A DNA stretch of 64,000 nucleotides from Eledone cirrhosa (Eukaryota): assembly GCA_964016885.1 (NCBI GenBank), contig OZ024740.1, positions 326,306,001-326,370,000 of the forward strand, written 5' to 3'. The position numbers and the translations under genes are program-made. Below the pieces are notes generated by a model that ran no database searches, was not told the origin of the DNA, and was given only the letters and a program-made list of their open reading frames with translations. The first letter of the stretch is position 1. Each line of letters begins with the position of its first letter. Below, one piece after another: positions 39,104 to 51,720 of this stretch.

Positions 39104-39414
39104 AACTTTTGTTTTCACTCCTTTTTTTTTGTATCTGTTCTGTATGTCTTCCTTTAGTCTTCAAAAGATGATAAATATTGATGATGTATCTAGTGTAAAG
39201 AATTCTTTAATGTTAATGTCATCTGAGATTCTGAAATAATAATAATAAAAAAAAACAGTATAAGATACTGAGAATATTTAAAATGTAGAAAACGAACAGT
39301 GGAATCTTTACTACATTTGTATATTGATAAACCATCGAGGTAAATATTTACATGGAGAATTAAAGTTTAGTTCTTAATTGAAATTACACCAATTTTATGT
39401 GAAGTTTACATATT

Positions 39415-39900
39415 TACAGACTACATACACATCTTCACATTGTATTACACAAACACACATATATATGTTAAACTACAACTACACCATCATATTAAACTAC
39501 ATCATCATATATTAAACTATAGCTACACCTTCAGATTGTGTAACAAACATAAAGAACAGACACATCTTAAGATTGTGTGACATACATATATATATAGGTT
39601 AAACTGCAGAAACACCTTCAGATTATGTGACATACATATATATGCTAAACTATAGAGACACCTTCAGATTGTGTGACATATATTTTAAACTACAGAAACA
39701 CGTTCATATATATGCTACATTATAGAGACACCTTCAGACTGTGTGACATACATATATATGTTAAACTACAGAGACACCATCAGATTGCGTGATATGATAT
39801 ATATATATATATATTAAACTACAGCTACACCTTCAGTTTGTGTAACATTATATAAATAGATATTAAATTATAGTTAAACCTTCAGATTATGTAACATCAC

Positions 39901-39933
<33 letters not shown>

Positions 39934-39953
39934 ATGTTACACAATCAGAAGGG
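39415..39953. repeat. ~45-50-bp minisatellite (ACACCTTCAGATTGTGTGACATACATATATATGTTAAACTACAGAG)
   Basis: About 9-10 degenerate tandem copies; the last one is inverted across a (TA)n run. Confidence 0.85.
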
Positions 39954-40080
39954 CATCCAGCCATAGAAAACCTGCCAGAAAGTCCTGTACGAGCGAGACA
40001 CAGTCACTTGACCAATCTTGTCTCAAGTGGGACAATTCCTGTCTAACCCATGCTAGCATGGAAGATAGATATTAAACAAT

Positions 40081-40256
40081 TGTTTCTACTTTAGGCACAA
40101 GGCCAGCAATTACCCAGTACATTACTAGTACTTTATTTTATCGACCCCGTAAGGATGAAAGGCAAAGTTAACCTCGGCGGGATTTGAACTCAGACTGTAA
40201 AGAGACGTAACTATGCTAGAAAACATGGCGTCCAACCCTCTACCGATACTGCCAAT
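40081..40256 (-). mobile_element. tRNA-derived SINE (family A)
   Basis: Homologous to 17955-18138. Confidence 0.85.
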
Positions 40257-40589
40257 AAATAATGATGATATATATATATGATGGGGTAGCTGTAGTTTAA
40301 CATGTATATGAAACGCAAGGACCTTAGGCGTGAGGTATTCAGTGTTGTGAGACAAGAACTTAATCTGGCTAGGAAGTCCACCTGATTGGTACGTGATAAA
40401 ATAGAGCCTAGAAGGTTTTTGAAAGTTAATGTTGCAAATAATTAGGTCATTCATATCACTGAAATATAGGAGCCTTGATAACTTTACATTTCTCAACAAG
40501 GCATACCCATAGCCCCCATGTACTCCAAAGTAACCATCCTAGTATTGACCAGCATGTCAATTGAAGTCGCTGTCATCTATAAGTGTACC

Positions 40590-40800
40590 CCTTAGAAACG
40601 TTTTTTTTTTCATTTATTTAATCCTGATTGTGGCACATAAGTAGAAATAACTCTGACCATTCTGAGCTTGATAATTGTGCCATTTACTCTAACTACCACA
40701 ATTATCTATCCATATCTTACTCAGAAAAATACCACTCTTGTCTACCTCTTCATTATTTCCTACTAAGAAAAGCTTATACTTATGCTATTTGCTTGTAAGG
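40590..40800 (-). mobile_element. Old RTE AP-endonuclease remnant
   Basis: ..IIKLRMVRVISTYVPQSG.. resembles the APE VISAYAPQ motif. Confidence 0.4.
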
Positions 40801-41227
40801 AGTCTTGCTGTGGCACCTCTTCATCTTACTTATTGGACACATCACACACCGACTCATCTTCTCAAAAGCACCTCCACAATTTCTCCAGATTTACTTTTCT
40901 GAGCGGCTGCCATGTGATGTGGTTGTTTTGTTTATTGGTAATATCTTTCTGTACTGTGTAATTGCTCGACGACTATTGAGGAGTCCACACACATAGCTAT
41001 GTTAGCTACCTCACTACTGTGCTCAGCACTAACATGGTTAGTGTTAGCTCTGTATACAAAATTAGTATGTATGATATATGCTGTGCTTTCCATAATTTTT
41101 GGCAAAGTTTTCTCTTGACTGGATGCTCGTCCTACCACTATTTACAGCATGGACTGGGTGCATTTTATCAAGTCACCAGCACAGGAGAGATTGTCCAACA
41201 GGACTTAAGGATTCTTTTTACCCTGTA

Positions 41228-44040
41228 TCATCATCATCATCGATTAACGTCCATCTTCCACGCTAGCATGGGTTAGACGAGTCCCATTTAGAGGCAAGTT
41301 GGGTCAGGTGACCGTGTCTTGCTCATATGAGTGTTTTAGGCTGGTTTTCTATGGCTGGATGCCCTTCCTAATGCCAACCACATTGACAATGTATGCTGGG
41401 TGCTTTTTGCCATGTCTTTTACATGTACACTTTACAGTGTGGGCTGGGTGCTTTTTGCCATGTCTTTTACACGTATACTTTACAGTATGGGCTATGTGCT
41501 TTTTGCCGTGTCTTTTACACGTCCACTTTACAGTATGGGCTGGGTGCTTTTTGCCGTGTCTTTTACACGTCCACTTTACAGTATGGGCTGGGTGCATTTT
41601 GCCGTGTCTTTTACATGTCCACCTTACAGTATGGCTGGTGGCAAGTCAGGCCTTCTGTACTACTACATATCGCCAGAGATCCTGGGGTCATGTTTCATCT
41701 CCTTTGAGAGGTGTAATTGGGCAAGGTCGGCTTTTATCACCTCATCCCAGGGTCTCCCCACTCCAAGGCTTCCAACGACTTTAAGCGCTCTGCACTTTTT
41801 TATGCAGCTGTCATGCTTCATACGCAACACATGTCCACACCAACGCAATCTCCTCTCCTGCATTTGATTGCTCTTATGCCCAGTTTCTCTCAGTTCATTT
41901 ATGCTTCACCATTCTCACATATTACTATTACACATCCATCGGAGCATGCAAGCTTGACTTCTTTCCAATCTATGCAAGTCTTCTGCACACAGCGCCCAAG
42001 TCTCACTACTATGCAACATAGCTGTATACAGTCTGCCTTTCATTCTGAAGGAAAAGCTTTTTGTAGCCAACAGTGGTAGTAGCTCCCTGAACTTCCTCTA
42101 TCCCGCTTTTACTCTGGCTACTGTACTTTCAGAACACCCACCACCACTGCTAATTCAGTCACCTAAGTAGCAGAAGCAATCTACTATTTCTACAGAGCCC
42201 TCTGAGAATTTGCTAGTGTTTGTTTCCTGCTTACTGTTCCAGTGCAACTGCCACATGTAAAGCCTACATTCTTAGCTAAACTTCCCGAGATCCCACTACA
42301 TCTCTTGTAGTTTGCATAGTTTGCATTTGGGGCAGAGGCTACAATTTCTACCTGCACCTTTCCTACATACGGAGCAAGGCCATTTCTCTGAGGGGATCTG
42401 GGTTCTGTTTTCTCTTCTACTTACTAGCACCTTAGTCTTTGTCAGGTTGACTTTAAGACCCCTTCTTTCTAGGCCTTGCTTCCATGTTTGGAATTTCTTC
42501 TCTAGTTCCACCATGGATTCAGCTATGTGTACAGAAGTTCCTATGGGCAGCTGGTCTTAAACTCCATGTAAAATGATATTAAACAGGAACGGGTTAAGGA
42601 CAGAGCCCTGGTGGACGCCAACTTGTACACTAAATTCCTTGCTATAATCATTGTTAATCCCGAGTTTGCTGACTGCTCCTCTATACATGGCTTGTACAGC
42701 CTTTACAAGCCACTCATCTACTCTTAGTTTTCTAAGAGGTCACCAAATTATGTCACGGGACACTCTGTCGAAAGCTTTCTCCAGATCAACAAATGTTAGG
42801 CAGAGAGGCTTACTTTTAGCTAGATACTTTTACCGTAACTGTCTCACAAGGAAGAGGGCATCAGTGGTGCTTTTGCCTGGCACAAATCCAAACTGCATCT
42901 CATCTAAATTTACCCTGTCCCTGATCAATTGTACTGACTCTTTCTGTTACTTTCATTACCTGGTCCATCAGTTTTATACCTCTATAGTTACCTCTATCTA
43001 GCGCATCTTCTTTACCCTTATAGCAATTGACAATGATGCTGCTGCACTACTCATATGGTATGACGCCATCTAGTATTACTTGGTTTACAATATGCGTGGT
43101 TATGGTGTGTCCTACTGACCCAGATGCTTTCAGCAACTATTCCCGATGGACCGGCTGCTTTCCCAGTTTTCATATCCTTAATTGCCTTACTAACTACACT
43201 GCTACTGACTTGTACTGCTGGGCCTTCAATGGAGTCTGCTTGGAGTAGGGTCTCTTTCTCCCATGCATTCTCTTACTTTCAGTAATCTTTCATAACGGCT
43301 CTTCCACGCTTCTTTCTTCTCAGCATCTGTGAGGACAAGTGCACCTTTATCATTCCAGACACACTTCTCACCGATGACATCACAATTTTCACTAACACAC
43401 TGCCTCGCAATCCTGAACACCTCCTGATTCTGGTCCTCGTGCGGCAAAATATGCTTGAATCTTTTATCCTCCACTTCCCTTCTAGCAAAGTATAGCTTCC
43501 CTCCTGCTCCCCCATTTTTCCATTGTTTCCATGCTTGTCTCTTGACTTTAATTGCTTCGTCTACCTTATTGTTCCACCACCAAATCACTCTCCGTCTCCC
43601 TGTAGTCTTGCCCCAACCACAGATCTCGTCTACCACTTTTAGTAGGTTATTTTTTAGGAACTCCCAGTGCTCTTCTACATTGAATGTCTTTATCTGTTCT
43701 TCTCTACTGTCATAGGCATCAAGTAAAATATCTCTGAATTTGTTACTGGTTGAGGGATCTTACAGCTTCCAGATCTTTCTGCTCCAGGTTGCCTTTTGTT
43801 TCAAAGTTTGTCTTGCTCTGACAGTTGAGGTCTCTGACTACTAGGCTGTGTTGGGAGGTACATTCTTCGCCCAGGAAGGCTTTCGTGTTTACAACCGTCC
43901 ATCTATCTTGTCCTCTGGTAAGGATAAAATCTATCTGGTTAGTAAGCTTCCCGTATCTATAGGTGGTCAGGTGGTTGTTGGGTTTTTTGAAGGTTGTGTT
44001 ACATATCGACAGGTCATTGGCATCGCAGAATTCTAGAAGC
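41228..44040 (-). mobile_element. Decayed RTE-clade LINE (end of APE, RT and 3' tail)
   Basis: WWWNNKVDEAIK, VDLEKAFD, VGVHQGSVLNPFLFNII, GLKVNLTKTKVL, RRLRWCGHVLRM, GRP..WDEVIKADL, (GAT)n tail; many stops. Confidence 0.88.
41395..41638. repeat. 48-bp tandem repeat x5 within the RTE-related tail
   Basis: Unit GCTGGGTGCTTTTTGCCGTGTCTTTTACACGTCCACTTTACAGTATGG; related units near 9690, 58500-58600 and 63870-64000. Confidence 0.9.
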
Positions 44041-44472
44041 CTGTATCAGTCTTTATTAAATGGTGATTGTTCTCCTAGTCATATTTTATTTGTTGTAACT
44101 TATCTCTTTAACAGGCTGGAAGCAAAATCTGGAACACTAAAGTTCTAGGAAGTAGTAAGGAAAACAGGGCTTTATTTATGGCTCAGTATATAGGAAAGGA
44201 GTAGGTAGAAAATTCATTTTGTGTCAAAGATAAATTATGGGTACTCAAGAAAAGTAGCTACATCTCAGGCAGACGAGCAAGGGATATAGGCTTTGTGTGG
44301 GGCAGATACACAGGAACACTAAGAGATCATATGAAGAAAGCTCTATAAAATACTTAGAGGGCTCCCTAGAAGTAGTTGACAGTTTGTTACCTGGGTAACC
44401 AAATTACAGTACAGAATGAGAATTAGGTTGAAAAAATTCAGGTAGCCTCTACTACTGCAGACTACAAAGGGT

Positions 44473-44552
44473 GGTTTGACGATTGAGAAGGTTGACGAAT
44501 GACGTCACATTGTTCTACTTTCACTTCTGACAGCCAATTCCGTTGTAGTGCC
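44473..44552 (+). mobile_element. 80-bp Merlin-like single-TIR insertion
   Basis: Right end TGACGAATGACGTCAC...CTGACAGC.AAT..CGTTGTAGTGCC matches the Merlin TIR at 10165-10223. Flanked by the 8-bp direct repeat CAAAGGGT (44465-44472 and 44553-44560). Confidence 0.7.
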
Positions 44553-45007
44553 CAAAGGGTTTTTTCCCCTCAACGTGAAAGTCATAAAGAGGATCATAAA
44601 TATTCTTTACCAACAATTTTTAAAAGGAAAATATCAAGGGGGGGGGGGGGGGGGGGGTCGCCAAAAACTAACACATTTTCGTGTTGCTAGAAAAAATAAT
44701 ACACATGGAGTTATTACATTTATCTAATTATCGATTTTTCTTTGTTACTAGTATAAAAAGAAAAGAAATGAAAAACAGTGTTTGTCATTTCATTTTAATA
44801 CTAGGATCAAAGAAAATTTGATAATTTTAAAATTAAATCTTATTATCTTGCCTTTTTGCGTAGTGCATGATACATGTGAACAGAATAATTTATTTTCTAA
44901 AGAGAAAGGTGGCAGTTGATTGAAGTTTCTTCTTTTAGACAGCTTGAAAGAAGCTGCATCACTGCAACATCAAAGTCATTGCAATCCTTTCTTTCAGGAA
45001 TACTTAC

Positions 45008-45096
45008 TTGACTTGTAACACTCTACGCCGATTGGAAAGCAGCATGTCTAGGAGAGCATTAACTCTAAGTAAGATTGCAGGGAGTGAGCACATACC
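45008..45096 (-). other. Candidate 5'-UTR exon of the zinc-finger gene
   Basis: Minus-strand acceptor TTTTTCTGTTTATACAG| and donor |GTAAGT bracket 89 bp upstream of the ZNF coding exon. Confidence 0.35.
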
Positions 45097-45583
45097 CTGT
45101 ATAAACAGAAAAAATGTACCAATTCTAAACTGTAATGTGGAATGAATTGGGAATAATCCTATCCTTGAAAACTAATTCCTATCCTAATTTTGAATAAATT
45201 AGTTTGGATTATATTGTTCTTTCATATAAAGAGGGAGGGCTATTTGAGAGAAGCACCGAAAATAATAGTCAATATCTTTCATTAGAAATATGGTAAGGAA
45301 CGGAGTAAAATATCGTTATATAAAATTTAATTCATTAGTTTCGCTGCTTTACATCGTTTATTATGTTTAACAAATTTCAATTGAATTCTATCAAGTTTAA
45401 ATTTCTTCTGTAAATGACTTTTATATTTAGAATTTAGTAATTCTAAGATATTTTTCCTTTCATTCAATTGTTTACTCAAAACATGAGATATATCCGTGTC
45501 TATATATATTTATATTAAATGAAGTATTTCCGTCGGAAAGGTACAGGAAAAAAAGAGTGCTCTATGTAGGCTACAGAGCTTAT

Positions 45584-45762
45584 TAGTTATGTAATAAACA
45601 ACATAAGATAATTATTTCATTTACCAGTGATTTCTTGAAGGCAGATATTTATATCTGTCTTCAGTCGTCAGAATGAATCGACTGAAGATAGATATAAATG
45701 TCTGCCTTCAAGAAACCACTGGTTAATGAAATAATTATCTTATGTTGTTTATTACATAACTA
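45584..45762. repeat. 179-bp near-perfect palindrome (foldback MITE-like)
   Basis: Arms of about 84 bp, TAGTTATGTAATAAAC...CTTCAGTCG / CGACTGAAG...GTTTATTACATAACTA, with 4 mismatches and TA at both ends. Confidence 0.9.
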
Positions 45763-46106
45763 TATTTATATTATATATAAACAAGAGGCACTACCATGCT
45801 ATTATATTTAGACAAGGCTTGCCGGAATTTGCTGTTAATAATACACCAAAAAAAGACGATTGTAAAAAACAATTTTACGGTAAAATACCTCGTATAAATC
45901 ACAGCTATTGATGGGGAACTCACTGATGGTTGGCGTGTTGTTGAATGGAGTAAATTATTACCTCAATTCTACAGTCTTTCCTTTTATTTATATATATATA
46001 TTATAGAAGATAAATATGACTACGTTACAAAAACTTAGTGTTTTATGCTAAATAAAATATTCTAAGAATGAGTGTAATATCATTCAAAACAATTACAGAA
46101 GTATAA

Positions 46107-46114
46107 TGACGTCA
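46107..46114. promoter_or_regulatory. CREB/ATF-type palindrome TGACGTCA in a locally CpG-richer stretch; possible ZNF promoter
   Basis: Motif read directly; minus-strand donor-like sites at about 45888 and 45961 lie just downstream. Confidence 0.25.
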
Positions 46115-46482
46115 ATATCCGGTTGATCATGCGTACTAACGATATGTAAGAGAAGCCGTACAAAATCGAATATTGCCCCCCTTTATTAAGATTTGTTAAT
46201 CTCCGGCGAAAATTTTTTTAAATGGTAGCATTCCTGTGACAATTAATTTTCTTTACACATTAAAAAACATTATACATGACAAAAAATAAACCGTACATTA
46301 CTAGAAAACTCATACGTTATAAAATAAATAGGACGGGTTGGGATCTCAATATGTAAACAATAATTTTTATATTTTAATTTTCTATTAAACATTTTTCTTA
46401 CTTTCAACTATAGAACAGAGTATTTTCAAGCAATTTAGGTTACTTAATAAACTTTTACATAAATCTCATCTAACTTTTAATT

Positions 46483-49400
46483 TATTTTTTTTTAACACTA
46501 TAAAGGATGATACAATGAAAGATATAATATTCTTTTAATGTTACAACAATATTAAAGAAAATGTAAAGGAAGGGGTGAACAACGGAGCCAACACCAGAGC
46601 AAAAGACAGTAACGTCGCGAGTACTGAGCAACCTCTCTAATGATTTTTTAGGCAAGCCAGCACACTCGCAGCGTTGCCTCGGGTGATGGCGAGGCTGATG
46701 CGCTGAAACAGCCAAGCACCCTTGCGAGATTCGCCTTCACCTCTATTAGGCGAGCCGCCAGTGAGGAAAGGAACCTCGCAGTCAGCGGCCCGACTCCCCC
46801 AAACGTCTCGAAAGCCACAGGCTGAAAAATGTAGCTTGCCGACAGATCAGAGTATTTGAGGGTCTTACTACGCTCGGCTGCAGAAGCTGTGGCTCTCGTC
46901 CTAACCGCAGCATCCAGGATGTGGGAAAGAGAAAAAGAGTCACTAACAGTGACGTCCCAGACAAGGCACCTGCCTCTCGACCAGGGACACAGGGTAATAC
47001 CGTCAGGTCTTTTGCCGTCACTTCAGGACAACCCAGATGGTTCCAAGACTGAGAGGATATTCGCCCGGGCCAAAGCTCTCTTCAGAATGAGGTTTAGCTC
47101 CGTGTGACGCGCGAAGCGGCCGGCATTCAGGCGGCAAGAAAGACCGTGGAGGCCTGTAGGGTCGAGGAGTTTGCCGCATCGGCACCTCAAACCCATGCAG
47201 ACGTCAGCTCCCACTCTGAGGGCGATGGAGACACGAAGTTCATCCAGGCTGAGTAGGCCACCAAGGTTGGCCACGGGTAGGGCATCGACCCAGTCGCCTG
47301 AGTATTTGGCGCTGACAGATAGTAAGCGGCACCTTGCAAACTGATCTGACTGGACGAAGAGGGAGTCGAAGGTGGCCTTCGAACTTATGCTGTCCCAAGC
47401 TCTCTGACTTCGACTGTCCTCCACCTCCTCAGGAAGAGACAAGCCCAACTCACTCCATTGCTGGAGAGCTTCACCCAACTCCCTGTTGGAACTAATCCAT
47501 GTTGAAGAGGAGAGGATGCTGCTCACCAGGGTGGAGCAAGCGTGGGTGGAGGAAATGAAGCAGGAGAGAGAGAGGGACGAACACTTACGAAGACCAAGAC
47601 CCCCAAATCGCGTGACTCCAGAGAGTCTAACATTGACCAGACACTCGAGTCTCTCGAAGATTAGGTCGTCGAAGCGTTCGAGGCAGGACGGAAATCTGTG
47701 AGAGGGGCTGACCCTGAGCAGATACAGAAGCTTAGGAATAGATAGGTAGTTCCTGAGTATGAAGAAACCTTGATGAGGTTCGATAACTTCGATATTCCTC
47801 AGCAGCTGCTCAAGGCCAACCATCTTCGATTGGAAGGTTGACTCGAAGGCCAGGTCTGTGATTGGGGCTCCTAAGGAGCACCAAGCCGACGGGGGAGGGA
47901 CCGCAATGGAAGGGAAGGACTCTGCGAACAGGTTGATCAGCTGTTGGTGTTGAGAAGCCGGGTGGTTGAGGATCCAGAGCTCACATTTGGAGCTATTGAT
48001 CTGGAGACCCCGGCGTTCCACCCAAACAGGCGTCGTCGAGGTACCAGACATTGAGGTCCAACTCAACCCCCATCTTGGTGACGTCATCAATGCCCAGTGC
48101 AAACAGTGCGGGCCCGAGTGGGTCACCCTGTTGGACTCCTGAAGCAGAGGTGATGATCTGGTCACCGAAAGAGAAGTAGGAGGGCTCCCGATAAGCCTGC
48201 CAAGCAAAGTGGTAGAGTTGTGGGGCCCTCTCTCTTACTGAGCCGAGGACGGTGTCGCGGCTGACGGAGTTGAAGGCATTCCTGAGGTCAAGTTTGAGGA
48301 TGACCTTGGGGGACGAGGAGAGCAAGTTGGTAAATGCTCTGGCAGCGTGGACAGCAGCATCACATCCCAACCTGGTACCCACTCCCAGCTAGGTGGGGAA
48401 AAATTCCTCCGCCAGTGAGTCGGAGACCAACAGCAAACACGCCTTTGCAGTGAGGCGGCGAAGAGTGCAGCCAACCGCAATGGGGCGCAGGTCCCCGTTG
48501 GGCTTGGTGAGACCAAATAGCTTCGCACCGAAGAACAGTGGGCGGATGAACGGGAGAACGTTCACTGAGGAGAACTGATTCACAAACTGAGTCAGACTCT
48601 TCAAGAGCTCGAGTCCAGCGTCACCGGCCGATAAGGAGATACCATCCTTGAGGTGTTGAGAACGAAGGCCGTCAATTCCCGCGCCTGACCCAGCGGGGAA
48701 GGATGAAATCGCTTTCTGATGATATCGGTGGTGTAAACCGGTCTCAAGTATTCTGGTGGTTCGGGCCAGTGTATCTGATTATCTGGGGGTGCCGATGGGT
48801 GCTTCTCTTTCAGACGCTCAAGAGAATCAGAGTTGCACGGAGCAAGGGAGGACAAAGAGAGGATACGGACAGCCCCTTTAATGTCAAATTCGCTGAATGT
48901 GGCATTGACCGCTCGCTTGAGGTCTACTGGTTGTCTGTTGGTGAACACCGAGCTCGGTGTCGAACTGAGATGAAACGTGGCTGGAGTGGACTCAAACAGC
49001 TGGAACTACTGCTTGAGAGAGGACGTGAGGGAACCCGAATTCGCATTGTGCGCGTGAAGAGAGATGAGGGGAAACAAAAACAATTTCTGCCAGTCAGACC
49101 TATTGTTGGACGAGCAAACGTTTTTCAGTAAATTAGAGAGGGCACGTGCAAAGCTATTCCGAGCTCCCTTAGGGATCCAGTTAACGAGCTTTGATTTGGA
49201 GAAGACATGGAGGTCTGAGGCAAAGTCGTCGGTAGAGAGTTGGTCATCAAAGCGGGGCATCCCCACTAAATACGTCGGAGCTGAAGTGGCACCGATTACA
49301 GGTCCAGTGTTGAAGCCTTTCGGCTTGAACTTTGGTGATGCCGACACAGCTTCTGTGGTAGCTTGCGTGGCATAGGTGACATTTAATTGTCTTTAAGTAC

Positions 49401-50066
49401 CGGCTAGTGCGGGCACATAGAGCGCAATCAGGTGGTGGGCTGGCAGCAGCCGGCAGTAGAGGGCCAGCGTTGGAATTCGGTGGAGGGAGTGAGTCAGTAA
49501 AGGAGACAGCAGTGGTTCTAACGGTGGGACTAGAGCGGAGATTGGGTGGTGAGTTAACAGTTGTAGGGATGGTGTGATTGGCCGGGTTGGATTGGTTCGG
49601 AATCTGCCGTGAAGAGGAGGAGGGGTAGGTGGGGGAAAGTTAGCTCCTCTCGTGCGTGCCGCAGTTGGTGGAGAATGAGAGGTCGAAGACTGACCATTTG
49701 TCACATAGTCGTTCGACGCATACCACCGTCACCTAGTGTGGACTAGGTTAAAGTGGTGGCAACTTTAGCAATCGGCAATCGCCGGTGATAGTTCGGTCGA
49801 AACATCGGGTTGAACGAATACCTAGGAGGGCTATGCGCGAGGACGAAGTAAGGGGTGAGATTATGAGTGGGTGGAAAGGAGTGTGGTCATGTGAGAGGCA
49901 GGTAAATACAGTGGGAGAGAAAGAGCACTGAACATGCAAAGAGAAGGAAAATAAAAACGCTCGGAATACAAAATCTAAGGCTGTGAGTTTGCGTAATAGT
50001 TCGCATGGGTAAATCCGCAGTAAAAACCTACATTGTGAGTTTGTGTGAAAAAAACAAATAAACACC
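46483..50066 (-). mobile_element. CRE-clade non-LTR retrotransposon (PHD-RT-zinc knuckle-RLE), decayed, near full length
   Basis: WIPKGAR, LRPIAVGCTLRRL, KLDLRNAFNSVSR, SGVQQGDPLGPALF, WYLDD, GGLGLR, CRCGK..HGLSC..RH, RLE KRPDGITLCPWSRGRCLVWDVT, FQPVAFETFG, then an A-rich 3' end at about 46483-46494. The 5' boundary is approximate. Confidence 0.88.
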
Positions 50067-51549
50067 TGGGCAAGACTTCAGTAAAATCAAAACCTGAATG
50101 ATAGTGATACAAGATGTTTACAATTACAGAGTGATTACATTTGTAGCAGGATGAAAGTTGTGTTCACCAGTGTAGCAGAATGATTAGTCGTGGTCGCCAG
50201 TGTGGTAAAATGATGGTATCCTCGTTGGATTGTCTTGCCGACATAGACGTGAGGGAAGGTCCCTCGTCTATTTACCATCTTTGTATTTACAATATTCCTT
50301 TCGTCAGGTCGCCAATTCCAGCAGCATGGATTATATATGTCATTGAGACACGAGTAACATAATAATGATTTCAACAGCAGAAATTAGAGATGAAACGTAT
50401 GTTTATTTTTGATGTAGCACAAACAATGTTTGTTAACTTATATGGTTGAAGTTACAGATAAAAAGAGGTTACAAAAGGGAATGTGCCATTGCGCCGAAAA
50501 GCCGGTAGGCTAGGGTGCAAAATCTCACCGTTAAATTGTACATGTTGCTGGTTCGAAGTTCCTGGTGCGAGAGATAGATTCTTCAAATCTTCGCGGGGAA
50601 TTTCTTCCTCAGGGCGCGTAGGGATACATCCTCTTCTACTGGCGCTGATTGGCTGAACTGAGCCAAATCACGCACAGAGAATGTATGTGAGCCCGCGGAA
50701 TGTAGATCACTACACATTACTGGTCCTGAATTCTATCAAGTGGTCAAAGCTTCTAATTCTGTGAAATAGAATGAAAGTATGGATTGACTTTTCAGTCACA
50801 CCTGACTATAAATAGATTCAGGTTATTTCAAGAGGGAGATGGGATGGTGCCATGTGTAATCTCTTCTTGTGAAGCTAGTGGTGATTCCTCGCCATTTATA
50901 ATTATTTATTTTTATTTTATATTTGGGGCATTTGTTTTTGAAAAATTGTAAGTGTACGTTAAAGAGGAATGTATAATTGTGTGATACAATTGCTCCAAGT
51001 TGGTTCCTTGCGTTGTTGCCACAACCAATCCTTAAACATTTTTTTTTTTCCTCCGAAGATCTGTTATTCCTCTCCGTAGATTGTAAATGGTAAAATCCGT
51101 TCGAATGTCTCTGGGAGTTAAGTGATCCAACGGAATGGTAAAGTCCAGTTCCTTGAAGAATATTTTGAAGTTGTCTCAGACAAAGCATCATACACTCATG
51201 CGAAAAAAGGGAAAAGTTGGTATCCAATTTGTACGCACGTTTGTTTTCCTTTCGGCTTGTAATTGTTTATCCCTGTATCTCATGTAAATGTCAAACCTAT
51301 TTTTCTAGCACACGTTATTAACTACGAGAGTGTCGCATAGCTGTCCATAATCCTATCTTTAAAACTTAGGTTGTCGTTTTGTTTATATAACTCAGACAAA
51401 TAACCAGCTACGATACCCATTCCCAATTAATTATTACACATGTCGATCATGTTCAATTCGAACGCCTCTAAAGAAATGTGCTCATTTTACCTGCTAGAAA
51501 AAGCAGCCAAATCTCTGTTCAATAAATATTTTCTAGAGTATATACCAGT

Positions 51550-51720
51550 CTCACTTCTTCCAAAGGCGGACGGAATAAAACTTTGAAATATCTGAAATTA
51601 TCAACAAACTATGTTTTTCCAGCCTGTAGCTGGACATTTGCAGGAGCTGGTCCACTAACAACGAACTTTTTGTCATAGTTGGCGACTCGCCTTACCGAGA
51701 TATCAGATATGTAAACTAAA
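51550..51720 (+). mobile_element. Old CRE 3' (RLE) fragment
   Basis: RNKTLKYLKLSTNYVF..TFAGAGPLTTNFLS*LATRLTEIS matches the C-terminus of the 46.5-50 kb element. Confidence 0.65.

Noticed and set aside
46440-46495. Target-site duplication for the CRE element
   Set aside because: No matching direct repeat found near the 5' end by eye.
50090-50700. Small minus-strand gene with CCAAT box and GTGAG donor
   Set aside because: All frames contain stops and no recognisable protein; it may be non-coding or part of the CRE leader.
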